A stretch of DNA of 64,000 nt, taken from Geosiphon pyriformis uo1 (Eukaryota > Fungi > Glomeromycota). Below, piece after piece: positions 38,901 through 50,874 of this stretch. Location: NCBI GenBank assembly GCA_016748015.1, contig JAAOMT010000571.1, positions 747,095-811,094 on the forward strand, read 5' to 3'. The notes under the pieces were generated by a model that saw only the letters and a list, made by a program, of their open reading frames with translations, had not been told where the DNA came from and did no database searches. The translations under genes and the position numbers were made by a program. The stretch's first letter is position 1, and every line of letters starts with the position of its first letter.

Positions 38901-40733
38901 CATGATCTCTCACTGCTTTGGTTATGTGCACAGAATTCTTACCAATTAAGAATGACTACTTAGAGGCTAACAAATTAGCTTGGTCCAATTCAGCAAACTT
39001 CACCACAGCTTTCTGCCACATTTCAATCAGTTGAATTTTGATTGACTTAATTTCCTCAAATTCAGATACTATAGCAACAATTATATCTTTAAGTGTGTTT
39101 ATAGGAATTTTTTTAATCACCACAGCCTGATCTGACCTTATTCTTTGTCTCTTAAGATCGCTGTTTATGTCGATCTTTTTTTCCCTGGCCAATGATGCAG
39201 CCATTTCCAAGCTTTTTTCTGAAGTAAATGTCAATCGGATAATCCCTTCAAATTTTGAGGAAGTAGTGACCCCTCCAAAACCATTGACTAATGAAAAAAT
39301 TTTCCTGATGACTTGAGTCTTAGCTGTAACAAATTTGCTTTCTACTACTGTTACTCATAAAAACAAAACAGATATAGAAAAATAGCAGACCAATAAGAGA
39401 GTAGTAGTTAGCACATGAACACATTGCTCAGCAATGTAAACAGTACTTGAAAAATTATAGTACATTGCTTGAAAATGTGAGTGATCTTGTAGAACCCAAA
39501 TTATGTATATATAGTGGTAGTATTAAAAGTAGAAAAAACAGACCTTTCAGTTTAGATTTAATCTAAACAACCTTCTATATCACCAATAAATAATTATTCA
39601 CTATCTTAATCTATTCCCCACTATCAACATAAAATGTTGATATTAATTGATACTTAACCATACTGGAACAATAGCTCTTAATTACAGCTATTGACAGGAT
39701 ACTAACTTACAATTGCTTTTGTTTATTTTTCTTTTAATTTTCTTTGTATTTTTTTTATTTGACTAAATTAATTAAGGATTAAAGTGCTAAGTTACAGACA
39801 TCATAGGGACTGGTAAAAGACCTGTAAAACAAGAGTAGAATACTCATAGATTTGAGGATAGCTTACCAGAAGAATTACTGGCCACCATGTTGAGAAAAAA
39901 ATTTGACAAAACCGCAGTTTCAGGAAGCTATAGATAAAACCATCAATTAAGTCTCTGTCTATTATACAAAAAACTCCACAACAAAACCTTCAGAAAACAC
40001 ACTTTTAAATATTAACACCACATATCAACTAAGCACCAAGTTACGAGTTTGTTATTTGATTTGAAATTCCAAATAATCACCTGTAACATTTGGTGCTCCC
40101 TGTGAGATATAATCTTATAGAAAACCAGTACCAATAACAATCATCCAAAGGTAGCAGAATCAGAGATCATAAGAGCAAACCACTTAGGATTTGCCAAATT
40201 CTTGTTCCAACAGTACAGCCAACAATTAGAACTAAACAATAACTACTTCCCAGCAGAATCTGCCTTCAACTTCTACATTAATGATAAAATTACAGACTGT
40301 TTAAGAGGAACAGTTAACATTGAATCCGCAAGAGAAAACTTCTATACAGAATTATTTCAACATACTAGCTTATCAAGAAACTACAGTTTTACACCAATTA
40401 TTAGGGAAATTAATCAAACCATTGAAAGATACACACAACAACAATTCCCCATCACCTATGCAGACAAAGGCAAAGGAAGGTTGCAAACACCAGCAGTAAC
40501 ATCAAAACAAATACAACCACTCACTTGGAAGAAAACCAGAGTTGAATCACCAAAAAACTCATTATACTATTATACACCCGGAAGTGCCATTAATATTTCA
40601 TCAACAGACGCGTCCACATTACACATGACATCAACATTTGGACAACTCCTATTTTAAAGTAAACAAAAGAAAGCAGAATTACTAGAAACCTATAGTAATT
40701 ATTTTGAAAAATTTAAATTGTGATCACCAATGC

Positions 40734-41744
40734 TGTTATCCGAGTAGAAAAACTAATCCAAAGTTATGAAGAAACATGACCAAAATATGACATAATACAG
40801 AATAGTGCACAATAACATTGAATAACACGTTATAACTTAGAATAACACAAAATAATGTGTTATAATATAGAATAACACAGAATAACATATAATAACACCA
40901 GATAACATATTATAACATAGGATAACTAGTAATAACATAGAAAAACAAAGCAATTACAGAAATAGCAAAGCAATAGTTAGCAATAACAGAACAATCAGAA
41001 GTAATCTTGTAGAACAAAAAGAATGTATAAAATGAGTAGCTGTAGAAGTTAGAAAGATATTTAGAGAGAAAATTAGACTTTCAGAAGTCAATTAAACTTT
41101 CAGAGTCAATTAGACTTGCAAATTATAATTATTAAATACTTCTCCTTTCAAAGATAGTTGTTATCAACTGAAATGGAATTATATCAATAAAATATCCCTT
41201 TAATTCTTCAAATCCATGTTATTATCCACTACTTAACCTGCTGGCACAATAGCTCTTAATTATGACTATTGACAAGACACTTATTTCTTATTTTTATTTT
41301 CTTTATTTTCTTTATTTTCTTTTATTTTCTTTTATTTTCTTTTTTTTTTTTCTTTTTTTTTCTTGTGGAGTGGCAACATAGAAAAATTGACTGTCTGGAA
41401 ATAGACTTTGTAATAGCCTGGTAAAAAAGGGAGGCTTTCCCTAGGTTTTGGATATTAATATTATCTTAATAGCTTACCAGAAGGATGAAAAGACAATGCC
41501 AGACCCTAACAACTGTGCTTATTAGCTCGAAAAAAAAAGCTCACATTTATGGAAAACATTGCAATCAATGAAAAACAAACTGTGCCTTACCAAAAAACTC
41601 AACAGATAAATTCACATCTAGGAATAGACCTTTAGAGACTAATAACCAAGACTAAGCCAACAGAATTACGCAGAAAACACATCCCCAATAATTGAGAGCA
41701 CCAAACGTTACCAGTTCCATTACCCACCAAGTTTACCCATAACA
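40734..41744 (+). mobile_element. Solo LTR (1011 bp) nested in the Gypsy gag
   Basis: TGTTATC...CATAACA; TSD ATGC; ATAACA repeats at 40790-40940. Confidence 0.88.
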
Positions 41745-42148
41745 ATGCTATCAGAATTCCAATCACCATCAGTTAAACCTGATTTCAGAAACGCGAGTCC
41801 CTAAAAGATAATGAAATTAGAAAAGGAGGAAGAAAAAACCAAAGATTAGGAATTTACTTACTAGAACCCAATTCCAGAAAACCTGAACATTGAAATCCCA
41901 AACTTTCAGACTTAGCAAAATCCAAATTTAGAAAATTTGGAAATTGAAACTCTGAACTTTCGAACTCCTCAAAATCTGAACAATACAAACCCAAAACAAT
42001 TAATCAACAAAACTTACCTCCAGCAATCGTTATCAATCAACCACCAATCGAACCAATTATTGAACCAATTCAACAGCAGCCACTTCAACTATCTCAACAA
42101 CCACAACAGCCACTTCAACAGCCACAACAACAAGTTCAACAACCAAAC

Positions 42149-43930
42149 TTGAATCCAATAGCCTACATTCCAATAGCAAAACTTGAGAAATTTACCAGTG
42201 AAGAAGAAGATGTCCAAATATGGCTTAATGACATTGAAAAGGCCATCATGGCCAATAGATGGAATGACACAAGAGCACTCCAAGCCATTCCCTATTTTTT
42301 ACAGGATACTGCCAACTCATGGTATCAAAGTTTAGTTACCAAACCTCAGACATTCTAGGAATTCAAAGTTGCATTCTTGAAATATTTCAGTAATAATAAC
42401 AGTATTAATTACTTAGCCAAAATCTTTACCACAATTAAACAAAGAGAAACTGAAGCAGTTACCATTTACTTGGGATGCTTCCACAGAAATTTGCACCAAA
42501 TTCAAGCAATTCAAGCTGATTATTTTACAGCACCTCAGATTCTAAACCAGTTCATTTGTGGATTGCGCAGTAGCATCCTTCAATACATATGTCTAATGCA
42601 TCCAGCAGATCTTCAAGCCACTGTGACAAATGCCAAAGATTTTGAAGCAGCTGAACTCAAAGCTAACCATACCCAAGCTGTCAATCTAGTAATGAATAGA
42701 TCATCTGAATTGGATTCTAAGTTGAAACAATTCAGTAATTCCATTAACCAAAAATTAGAGGAATACTTAGCTAACAATCAGGCAATCTATTAATCTCCAC
42801 AACAATGCAATAATCAAGAAAATGTGAATTATTTCCAGAATCAGTCATGTCTATCATTTTCAACCAATCAACAGTGACAGCAGAAGATGCATGTTTGCCA
42901 CTACTGTGATAAACAAAAGCATTTAAGAGTTGACTATAGATTAAGGATAGATAACCAACGATCAGGAAATCAATATCAAAACCCCAATTGCCAGTTTTCA
43001 ACTCCCGAATTACCAATCCAACTAGCACCATATCAATCAACTTACTTGCCAATGACACAACAGCCAATATATCAACCATCCATATATCAATCTTCAGTTT
43101 ATCAACTGCAACCACCAGTAATATATCAACCACCACAGCCACAAATAATTTATCAGACACCCACAGTTCAAACACAGCCATCTTACCCAGCTCAAATGAC
43201 ATCAGGAAACTTCAAATCAAGAGTCACCCAAAACTGGAAATTAGTGATAGTTGTTCACCAACCAATCTCCAGTTCATTTAACCAGCCATCAGAATCATGA
43301 CAGTGGAGTTCAAGAACCAGATATACTCAAAACCCGAGTTCCCAGAACTATTTAAGTTTCCTAGTTATTCCAGAAAATGCCCAACCCAATAATCCAGAAA
43401 CCAACCAACAATTAACACTTACCAGTAATATTTCACCAGCTATTATTACCAAAAACAAATCATTAGATGTCATTTTTCCATTTGAACTCGAGGAACTGTC
43501 AGCCACGCCATTATTTAATGGAGCCACTCTTGAAAAAAAACCTATTACTGCCATGTACACCAATGACAAAGTTGATAACCACTCAATCAAACTAATTTTA
43601 GACAGTAGATCAGCCGGCAGCATCATTACAAGACAACTCATAGACCAGTTAGGTTGCCAAGTTGATCAAGCTGCCAGTACACAAATCATCATGGCTGATG
43701 GAGCAACCAAAACTCTGATTGGTGAGATTGATGACTTCCCTATAGAAGTCAATGGCATTATTGTGCTAATCAAAGTATTAGTTATAAAAGTCACTTAATA
43801 TTAAGCACTCATTGGCAATGACTGGCTGTCTAAAACCAACACAATGCTTGATTGGAACACACAAGAGCTCCAACTCAGCCAAAACGGTTGACACACATAG
43901 ATACCAGCCATATGTGGTCATTTCAAAACA
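42149..43930 (+). pseudogene. Gypsy gag capsid, zinc knuckle and aspartic protease
   Basis: KLEKFTS..D..IWL, knuckle CHYCDKQKH, protease LILDS(G>R)SAGSII. Confidence 0.85.
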
Positions 43931-45129
43931 CCCAACATGCCAGCACCTCTTATTGAGTTTGAGAAAGAAGAGAAGAAATCTACCTGGGAAGTGTACCAAG
44001 TCTTGTGGGCCGATAAAAACCACAATGAGTTACCACCAGTACTTTTGTGGAACAACAATGGAAAAGAAAAAAAAAAAGAAGAACCTACCTGGAATTCCAA
44101 CCAAGCCTGGAGAACCAATGACAACCAAGAAGAGCTAATAGATTGGGAATAGGAAAAAAAAACAAAAGAAAAAAGAAAGGGAAAAGAAAAAAGATTAATA
44201 TCTACCAGCACCACTACTTATAATTCTTACACTATACCACAGCAATCTGCTTATCGCCGCCCAAAACTGGTATGCATTGATTGTGGCAAGAAATTGTTAT
44301 CAATGGGTGCTTGCTGTGGCAACAATGAGGAATACCAGATGACAACTAAGTTCTACTGTCACTTATGTATTATAGAATGTTTCGAAAGACCAAAATGAGT
44401 GGGAAAATAGGATAATGAGCTATGCTTGGCTTGTGGAGAAACATTACTTAACTAAGAGATATGGAACAACATTCTTGGTTAAAAAGAAACATGTAACACT
44501 TCATGCCAGTACATAATCTTTATTAACAACTGGATTAGGAAAGAGACACCAATAGAAGCTGCCTGGAAAAGAGCTGTACAGCAATTAGACAGTTGTCCAC
44601 ATGATAATGATAAGATATGGAGAATAGCAATCACCAAAATAGAAGGAGCATTACCTGAAGAAATCAGAGAAATCAAGGACAACCCCCCAGAATCCATAGA
44701 ACTTGACTGGAATTCAGAACCAGTTATAAATCTCTTGAACTCAGAACAATTTCACAAACACTATCAAGAGCTAGCACTTATAAGAGAAGAGCAGAAACAA
44801 CGCTTGAAAGAAATCAACACTCGACTATGTGATTACTGTTTGATTCCATGTGACTTCCAATATTATAATAAGTGTGATCTTATTTACAATCCACTACCAT
44901 GCATGATCTACACAATTCCAGAAGAAAAAAAACCAATCAACAGCTGTACATCAGAATTGGAATCAACTTTCAATCCCAATTCAAACTCCAATAATAACAA
45001 TAACAAAAATAATGGTTCCAGCTCTACTCAATGTGGCAATGAAAAATATAATGATTTGAACTCTGATTCCAATCCCGAAACATATATTGCACTCCCTAAT
45101 CTCACTAAGGAACAGGAACTGAAATAGTT

Positions 45130-45560
45130 CAGCAATAATAACGAAGATATCATGCTTAAATGCGCACATGATACTGATGCAGAGTTTAATTTGAGATATC
45201 CAGAAAAAAATCCCATCAAATTGGAACCACATTTGCACACCTGTATTAATCTTAAAATAGCACTGGAAATTCCAGTGACCACCATGGTTCAATTAGCATC
45301 TAAAAGTAGTTTGGCAAAAAAGGGGATCAATATCAGAGAAGGAATAATTAATACAGGGTATGTAAGAAATATTATTGCTATACTACAAAATGACTCAGAA
45401 AAGGCCTATACTATAGAGCCAAATGAAAAGATAGTACAGGCAATATTCCTGCCTCTGGTGAAAGTAGCTCAGTTAGTGTTAGCAGAAAACAGAGAAGAAT
45501 TAGGGATTATGGCTAGAGAAATACCAGGATTTGGATCAACAGATAGAATAGATGTACCAG
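45130..45560 (+). pseudogene. dUTPase domain within the Gypsy pol
   Basis: Decayed motifs DAEFNL (DAGFDL), SKSSLA (RSS), IINTGY (IDxGY), IVQAI and GFGST. Confidence 0.85.
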
Positions 45561-45976
45561 TTAATATGACAGAAAAAGAAATTATTGACAAGGGAGAAAT
45601 TATCTCCACTTGTCAACCAATTTCTATTCCACTATATGACCAATATATGGTAGTTATAGAAAGGAAAGTGAAAGATCAGAGCCAAATTTTTGAGGCAGAA
45701 GTAACACTATGTGAATCAGGAGAGATTGGACTTATCAATCTTCACATACCAGTTAAGAACCATAATCACATCAAAATTCCCATCTACAACAACATGGGAA
45801 ATGTTGTAGAGATACCAAAAAAGACTACCATTAGATACTTAATTACTGAAATCGAAGACCAACAGCCAAACACTATTCCAGATTTTTCACAACTATGCGG
45901 ATATGTGGATATTATATTACAAACCATATACAGATGAGAAAAATGTTATCTGCTCCAACCAGAACAGTTAGAACAG

Positions 45977-48790
45977 ATGAATATAGGGAACTTAGATCCA
46001 CTGCAACATATGCAACTTAAGATGTTACTCAACTACTTCAATGACATCTTTGCCAGTAAAAATAAATTTGGCAGAACTGATATAATCCAGCATCAAATCA
46101 AGACTGAAAATGCAATGTCAATTAAACAACGAGCATACAGAGTACCACCAGCCAGCCATGAGATCATTTGTCAAGAAATCAACCAGATGCTTGACAACAG
46201 ATTAATTCAACCATTAATAAGCCCATGGTCATCACCAGTGGTACTGGTTTATAAGAAGAATAAAAAAATCCACTTTTGTGTGGATTACTGGAAACTGAAT
46301 GGAATGACTAAAGGTAATAACTATCCAACTTTAAAGATCCAAAAATTATTCAATGCTTTCAGTGGGAAGAAATGGTTCTCAACATTAGATTTAGATGGTG
46401 GTTATTGGCAAGTAGCCATGAAACCAGAAGATAAGAAGAAAACAGCTTTCACAACAAGAAAAGAGAATTTTGAATTTAAAGTTATGCCATTCAGCTTGAT
46501 GAATGCTCCAGCAACATTCCAACAGCTCATGGAAATTGTTTATACTAGACTACTATGGAAATCAGTAGTTGTTTACTTAGACAATACAAATGTGTTTTCC
46601 AAAACATTTGATGATCATCTTCATCATCTTCAACAAGTATTCAAAAGACTAATATGAGTAAGACTGAAGTTGAATGCGAACAAGTGCTTCTTTGGGAAAA
46701 CTGAACTCAAGTTTTTGGGACATGTTGTGAGCAAAGACAGAATCAAAACAGATCCAAACAAAATTGAAATTGTTAAAAACTTTCCAGTACCAAATAATCT
46801 CACAGAATTGAGAGCATTTTTGAGATTTGCTAGATACTACTGCCACTTTATCAAAGACTTTTCCAAAATAGCTCAACCATTACACCAGCTCCAAACAAAA
46901 AACACCAAATATGAATAAACAGAAACCCAGCAAGAAGCTTTTAATACATTAAGAAAAAAGCTTATTCAAGTCCTAGTACTAATCTATCTGGATCATAGCA
47001 AGCCATTTATAATTACAACTGATGCATCTGGTCAAGCATTGGGAGCAGTACTATTGCAAAGAAGACCAGATGGAAGAGAGTATCCAGTAGCTTATATCAG
47101 TAGAAGCTTAAGTCCAGCCGAAAAGAACTATGAAACTCCAACACTAGAACACTTAACAATCTATTGGGCAGTCATGAAATAGAAAGAATACTTGAGTCAA
47201 AAGTTTGATGTTTACACAGATCATAAAGGATTGACTTCAATCCAGAAACAAAAATTTGCTGATGATTGCTATGCCAGATGAAAAATAAAATTATCACCAT
47301 TTAATTATATAGTACATTACAAAAAAGAAAAAGAAAACGGAAATGCTGATGGTCTGTTGCGAATGAGACAAATCTAAAAACATTTTAACCCAAAAATATA
47401 ACAAAAAATGAATATACAAAAATACCAACAACTCCAACATTATATAAATACCCAATTGTTTAAAGAAAAATTATCTCAAAAGGAACAAAGAAACATAAAA
47501 CAACAATCAAAATATTTTATTAACCATCAAAATATACTTTACCAGAAGAACAGAAGAAATCCAGATTAACCAACCAGAGTAATTACAGAATCAAAGAAAG
47601 AGACAATATTATTCAACATGCACTTAGATCCAACAACAGAACATTTTCATAAAAAAGCAACTATGGAAAGAACCAGAAAAAGATACTATTGGCCATCAAT
47701 GTATCCAGACATCATTTAATATGTTCAAAACTGTGATGCTTGTCAGAGAAGAGGAAGAACAAAACTTAGTGAACCATTGAGACCAATCAAAGTAGAACAA
47801 CTATTTGATCACATTAAAATTGACTTAGTCAGACCATTAACAATTACTAGTAAAGGCAACAGATATATTGCAGTAGCTATAAATTATCTCACAAAATGGC
47901 CAGAAGCAAAAGTCATTCAAAGAGCAGATGCAGAATCTATTGCTGAATTTGTTCATCAAGATCTGATCTGTTGATATGGATGTCCAAAAGAATTATTATT
48001 AGATCAAAGAACTTATTTTGTGAATAAAACATTAGCAGAATTAAGCCAAAGATTTGGAATAAAAAAATCACTATTATCTTCATATCATCCACAAACAAAT
48101 GGGTTAGTTGAAAGGTTCAACAGAACACTGTGTAAAGCAATAGCCAAAATTTGCCAAGAAAACCAGGACAAATGGAATTTGTTTATACTATCAGTATTAT
48201 TTGCTTATCGGACAATGAAGCAAGATACCACACAAACAACATCTTTTGAATTGGTATATGGTAAAACAGCAACATTACCAGTAGAGATAGAGATCAATAC
48301 ATATCCGACTAAACCAATAACAAAAGAAAATTTCCAAAAAACATTGTTGAAAAGAACATATGACTTAATAGAAACACTAGAAAACAGATAACAGAAAGTA
48401 GCTGATAACATTCAAAAGTTACAAGAAAAGCAAAAAGAATGACATAATAACCAATTACCAGATAAACCAGTTGAATTTAAGATTGGAAACAAAGTATTAT
48501 TACATTATACTAAAGTGGAAAAACAATGGAGTAGAAAATTTGACCCCAAATGGGACGGACCATTTCACATAGAAGAAATTCTAGAAAATAGAGCTTATAA
48601 ATTAAGATGGGACAACAAAATCTTAGCCAAAGCAGCACATGGTAATTGACTGAAACCATATTACCAGATAGCATCATCATCCACCAATAACATTCCACAA
48701 CTGGGAGTACAAAGAATACTAGTTCAACCAGATAAAATTCTACAAAATTTGGAACCAATTATAGTTATTGAACCAAACACATCAAATTAA
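45977..48790 (+). pseudogene. Gypsy RT, RNase H and integrase
   Basis: SPWSSPVVLV, LDL..GYWQ, MPFSL.NAPATFQ, YLDN; TDASG, DHK, NADGL; HHCC, YHPQTNGLVERFN, WDGPF. Confidence 0.92.
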
Positions 48791-48845
48791 ACAACCAAAA
48801 GAGTATATAAAGACACAATACACATGACAAAAGCAACCAAAAAAA

Positions 48846-49480
48846 ATGGAAATACCAGATCATATTTACATCATAGCGCAACAATTGTTCCAGGCCTTAA
48901 GTCAACAACAGTTAGACATGGAAATTGTTATTAACAACCAAATAATTTGCTATCAAAACACCCAAAGAAAGACAAAAAATACACCATATTAGCAGCCACC
49001 AAAGAATAATAAAAACTGGACAGATAACTTAATAGAAAAAGTAAAAAACACTTTTGGGAAAATACCTATTATGGTATCAACAGAAGAGCTTACAAAAAAA
49101 AATTAGAAACAATAGACAAAACAACTTCTAATATCATATTGCTACTACTAGTTAGGTCAAAAGTTGAATATTCAGGAGTTGTATATCAACAAATCCAAGA
49201 GAATATTCAACCAAAACATAATACAACAAATTGAAGAATTTATTGGAAAGAAAATAAATTCAACACTACATGTTAAAACAATGTACCAATTACACAACAT
49301 ATTTGAGAACTATCCAGAAATACTGTTACACTCTGACATGGAAACCATAACCATTAACCAATGGGAAAGAATGAACAATACACAAGTAGAAGACATAAGA
49401 AACAGAGTCAAATAAACAATACTTGAAAATGAAGTACTAGAATTAATTCAAAATGAAGATTTCGATGGAGCTCAATATTA
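48846..49480 (+). pseudogene. Gypsy extra ORF3 of unknown function
   Basis: ATG at 48846, reads MEIPDHIY... to ...EDFDGAQY* with a few stops; lies between integrase and PPT. Confidence 0.6.
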
Positions 49481-50874
49481 AAAAAGAGGAGATAATGTTA
49501 CTCATAAAAAGAAAACAGATATAGAAAAATAGCAGACCAATAAGAGAGTAGTAGTTAGCACATGAGCACATTGCTTAGCAATATGGAACAATGTCAGAAA
49601 TCATGGCACATTACTCAGCAATATGAGCAGTGCTTGAGAAATTATAGCACATTGCTCAAGAATGTAAGCAATCTTGTAGAACCCAAATTATGTATATATA
49701 GTGGTAGCATTAAAAGTAGAAAAGACAAACCTCTCAGTTTAAATTTGATCTAAGCAACCTTCCACATCATCAATAAATAATTATTTACTATCTCAATCTA
49801 TTTTCCACTATCAACATTTCATGTTGATAGTAATTGATATTTAACCACACTAGAACAATAGCTTTTGATCATGGCTATTAATGGGATACTAACTTGCAAT
49901 TGCTTTTGTTTATTTTTCTTTTAATTTTCTTTGTATTTCTTTTATTTGACTAAATTGATTAAAGATTAAAGCACTAAGTTACAGATGTCATAGGGACTGG
50001 TAAAAAACTCATAAAACAAGGGTAGAACACTCATAAATTTGAGAATAGCTTACCAGAAGAATTACTGGCCATCATGTTGAGAAAGAAATTTGACAAAACT
50101 GCGGTTTCGAGAAGCTACGGATAAAACCATCAATTAAGTCTCTGTTTATTATACAAAAAACTCCACAACAAAACCTTCAGAAAACACACTTTCAGATATT
50201 AACACCACATATCAACCAAGCACCAAGTTACAGGTTTGTTATTTGATTTGAGATCCCAAATAATCATCTGTAATACTGCTGAAAGATTAATGTTCAAAGC
50301 AAATGATTTTCTAACCAACACCTCCACAGGAGTTTTGATAATTTTTGGGTCTATCTACTTTTTGTCCAGAGAAATGGGTAAGCAAAGAGTAAGAACAACC
50401 TCATCATCTTCCATGTAAAAATTGGGAGAGTTAAGTGAGGAGCCAAAACCAACACCAATATTAACATGTTTTGTCTTGAGAGTAGTAACAGCCAAGTCTA
50501 AATGAGATCTACTATTCACACCAGTCATGCCAACATCCTTATCATTACCAGACAGACTATTCATATTAGAATACACACTATTACCAGGACTAGATTTACT
50601 CAAGGAGATATCTTTCTCATTATCAGAGTGTTTAACATTTTCAAGAACCACTTTTTTCTTTTGAGCAAAGAAACCACCAGCAGAATTATGAAAAGCACCT
50701 TTGAGTGCCTTCTTTTTAGACATATTACTGCCAGAAACAGTCTTTAAATCCATGACAAAAGGGTTATTATTTAAAAAAATGATGATATAAACTAACAAGA
50801 AAAAAATAGAAAAACTTTTTTTTTAGAAAACATGCTTTTTGAGAATTTTTTGGAGGTAAGAGAGAAAGAAGTTT

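Larger units (their letters stand above)
39349..50275 (+). mobile_element. Full-length Ty3/Gypsy LTR retrotransposon, degenerate
   Basis: LTRs 39349-40088 and 49496-50275; PBS TGGTGCTCCCTGTGAG at 40091; PPT AAAAAAGAGGAG; TSD CTAC/CTGC; order gag-PR-dUTPase-RT-RH-IN. Confidence 0.95.
33150..50873 (-). mobile_element. LINE copy E, full length and degenerate; ORF1 is split by the Gypsy (segments 33150-39348 and 50280-50873)
   Basis: Same domain set as copies B and D; ORF1 INLSA|VE rejoins across the Gypsy; likely TSD tttt(t/a)gtattttt. Confidence 0.9.

Noticed and set aside
47342-47410. Integrase as a separate ORF
   Set aside because: RNase H and integrase are in the same frame, and both intervening TAA codons could be decayed CAA
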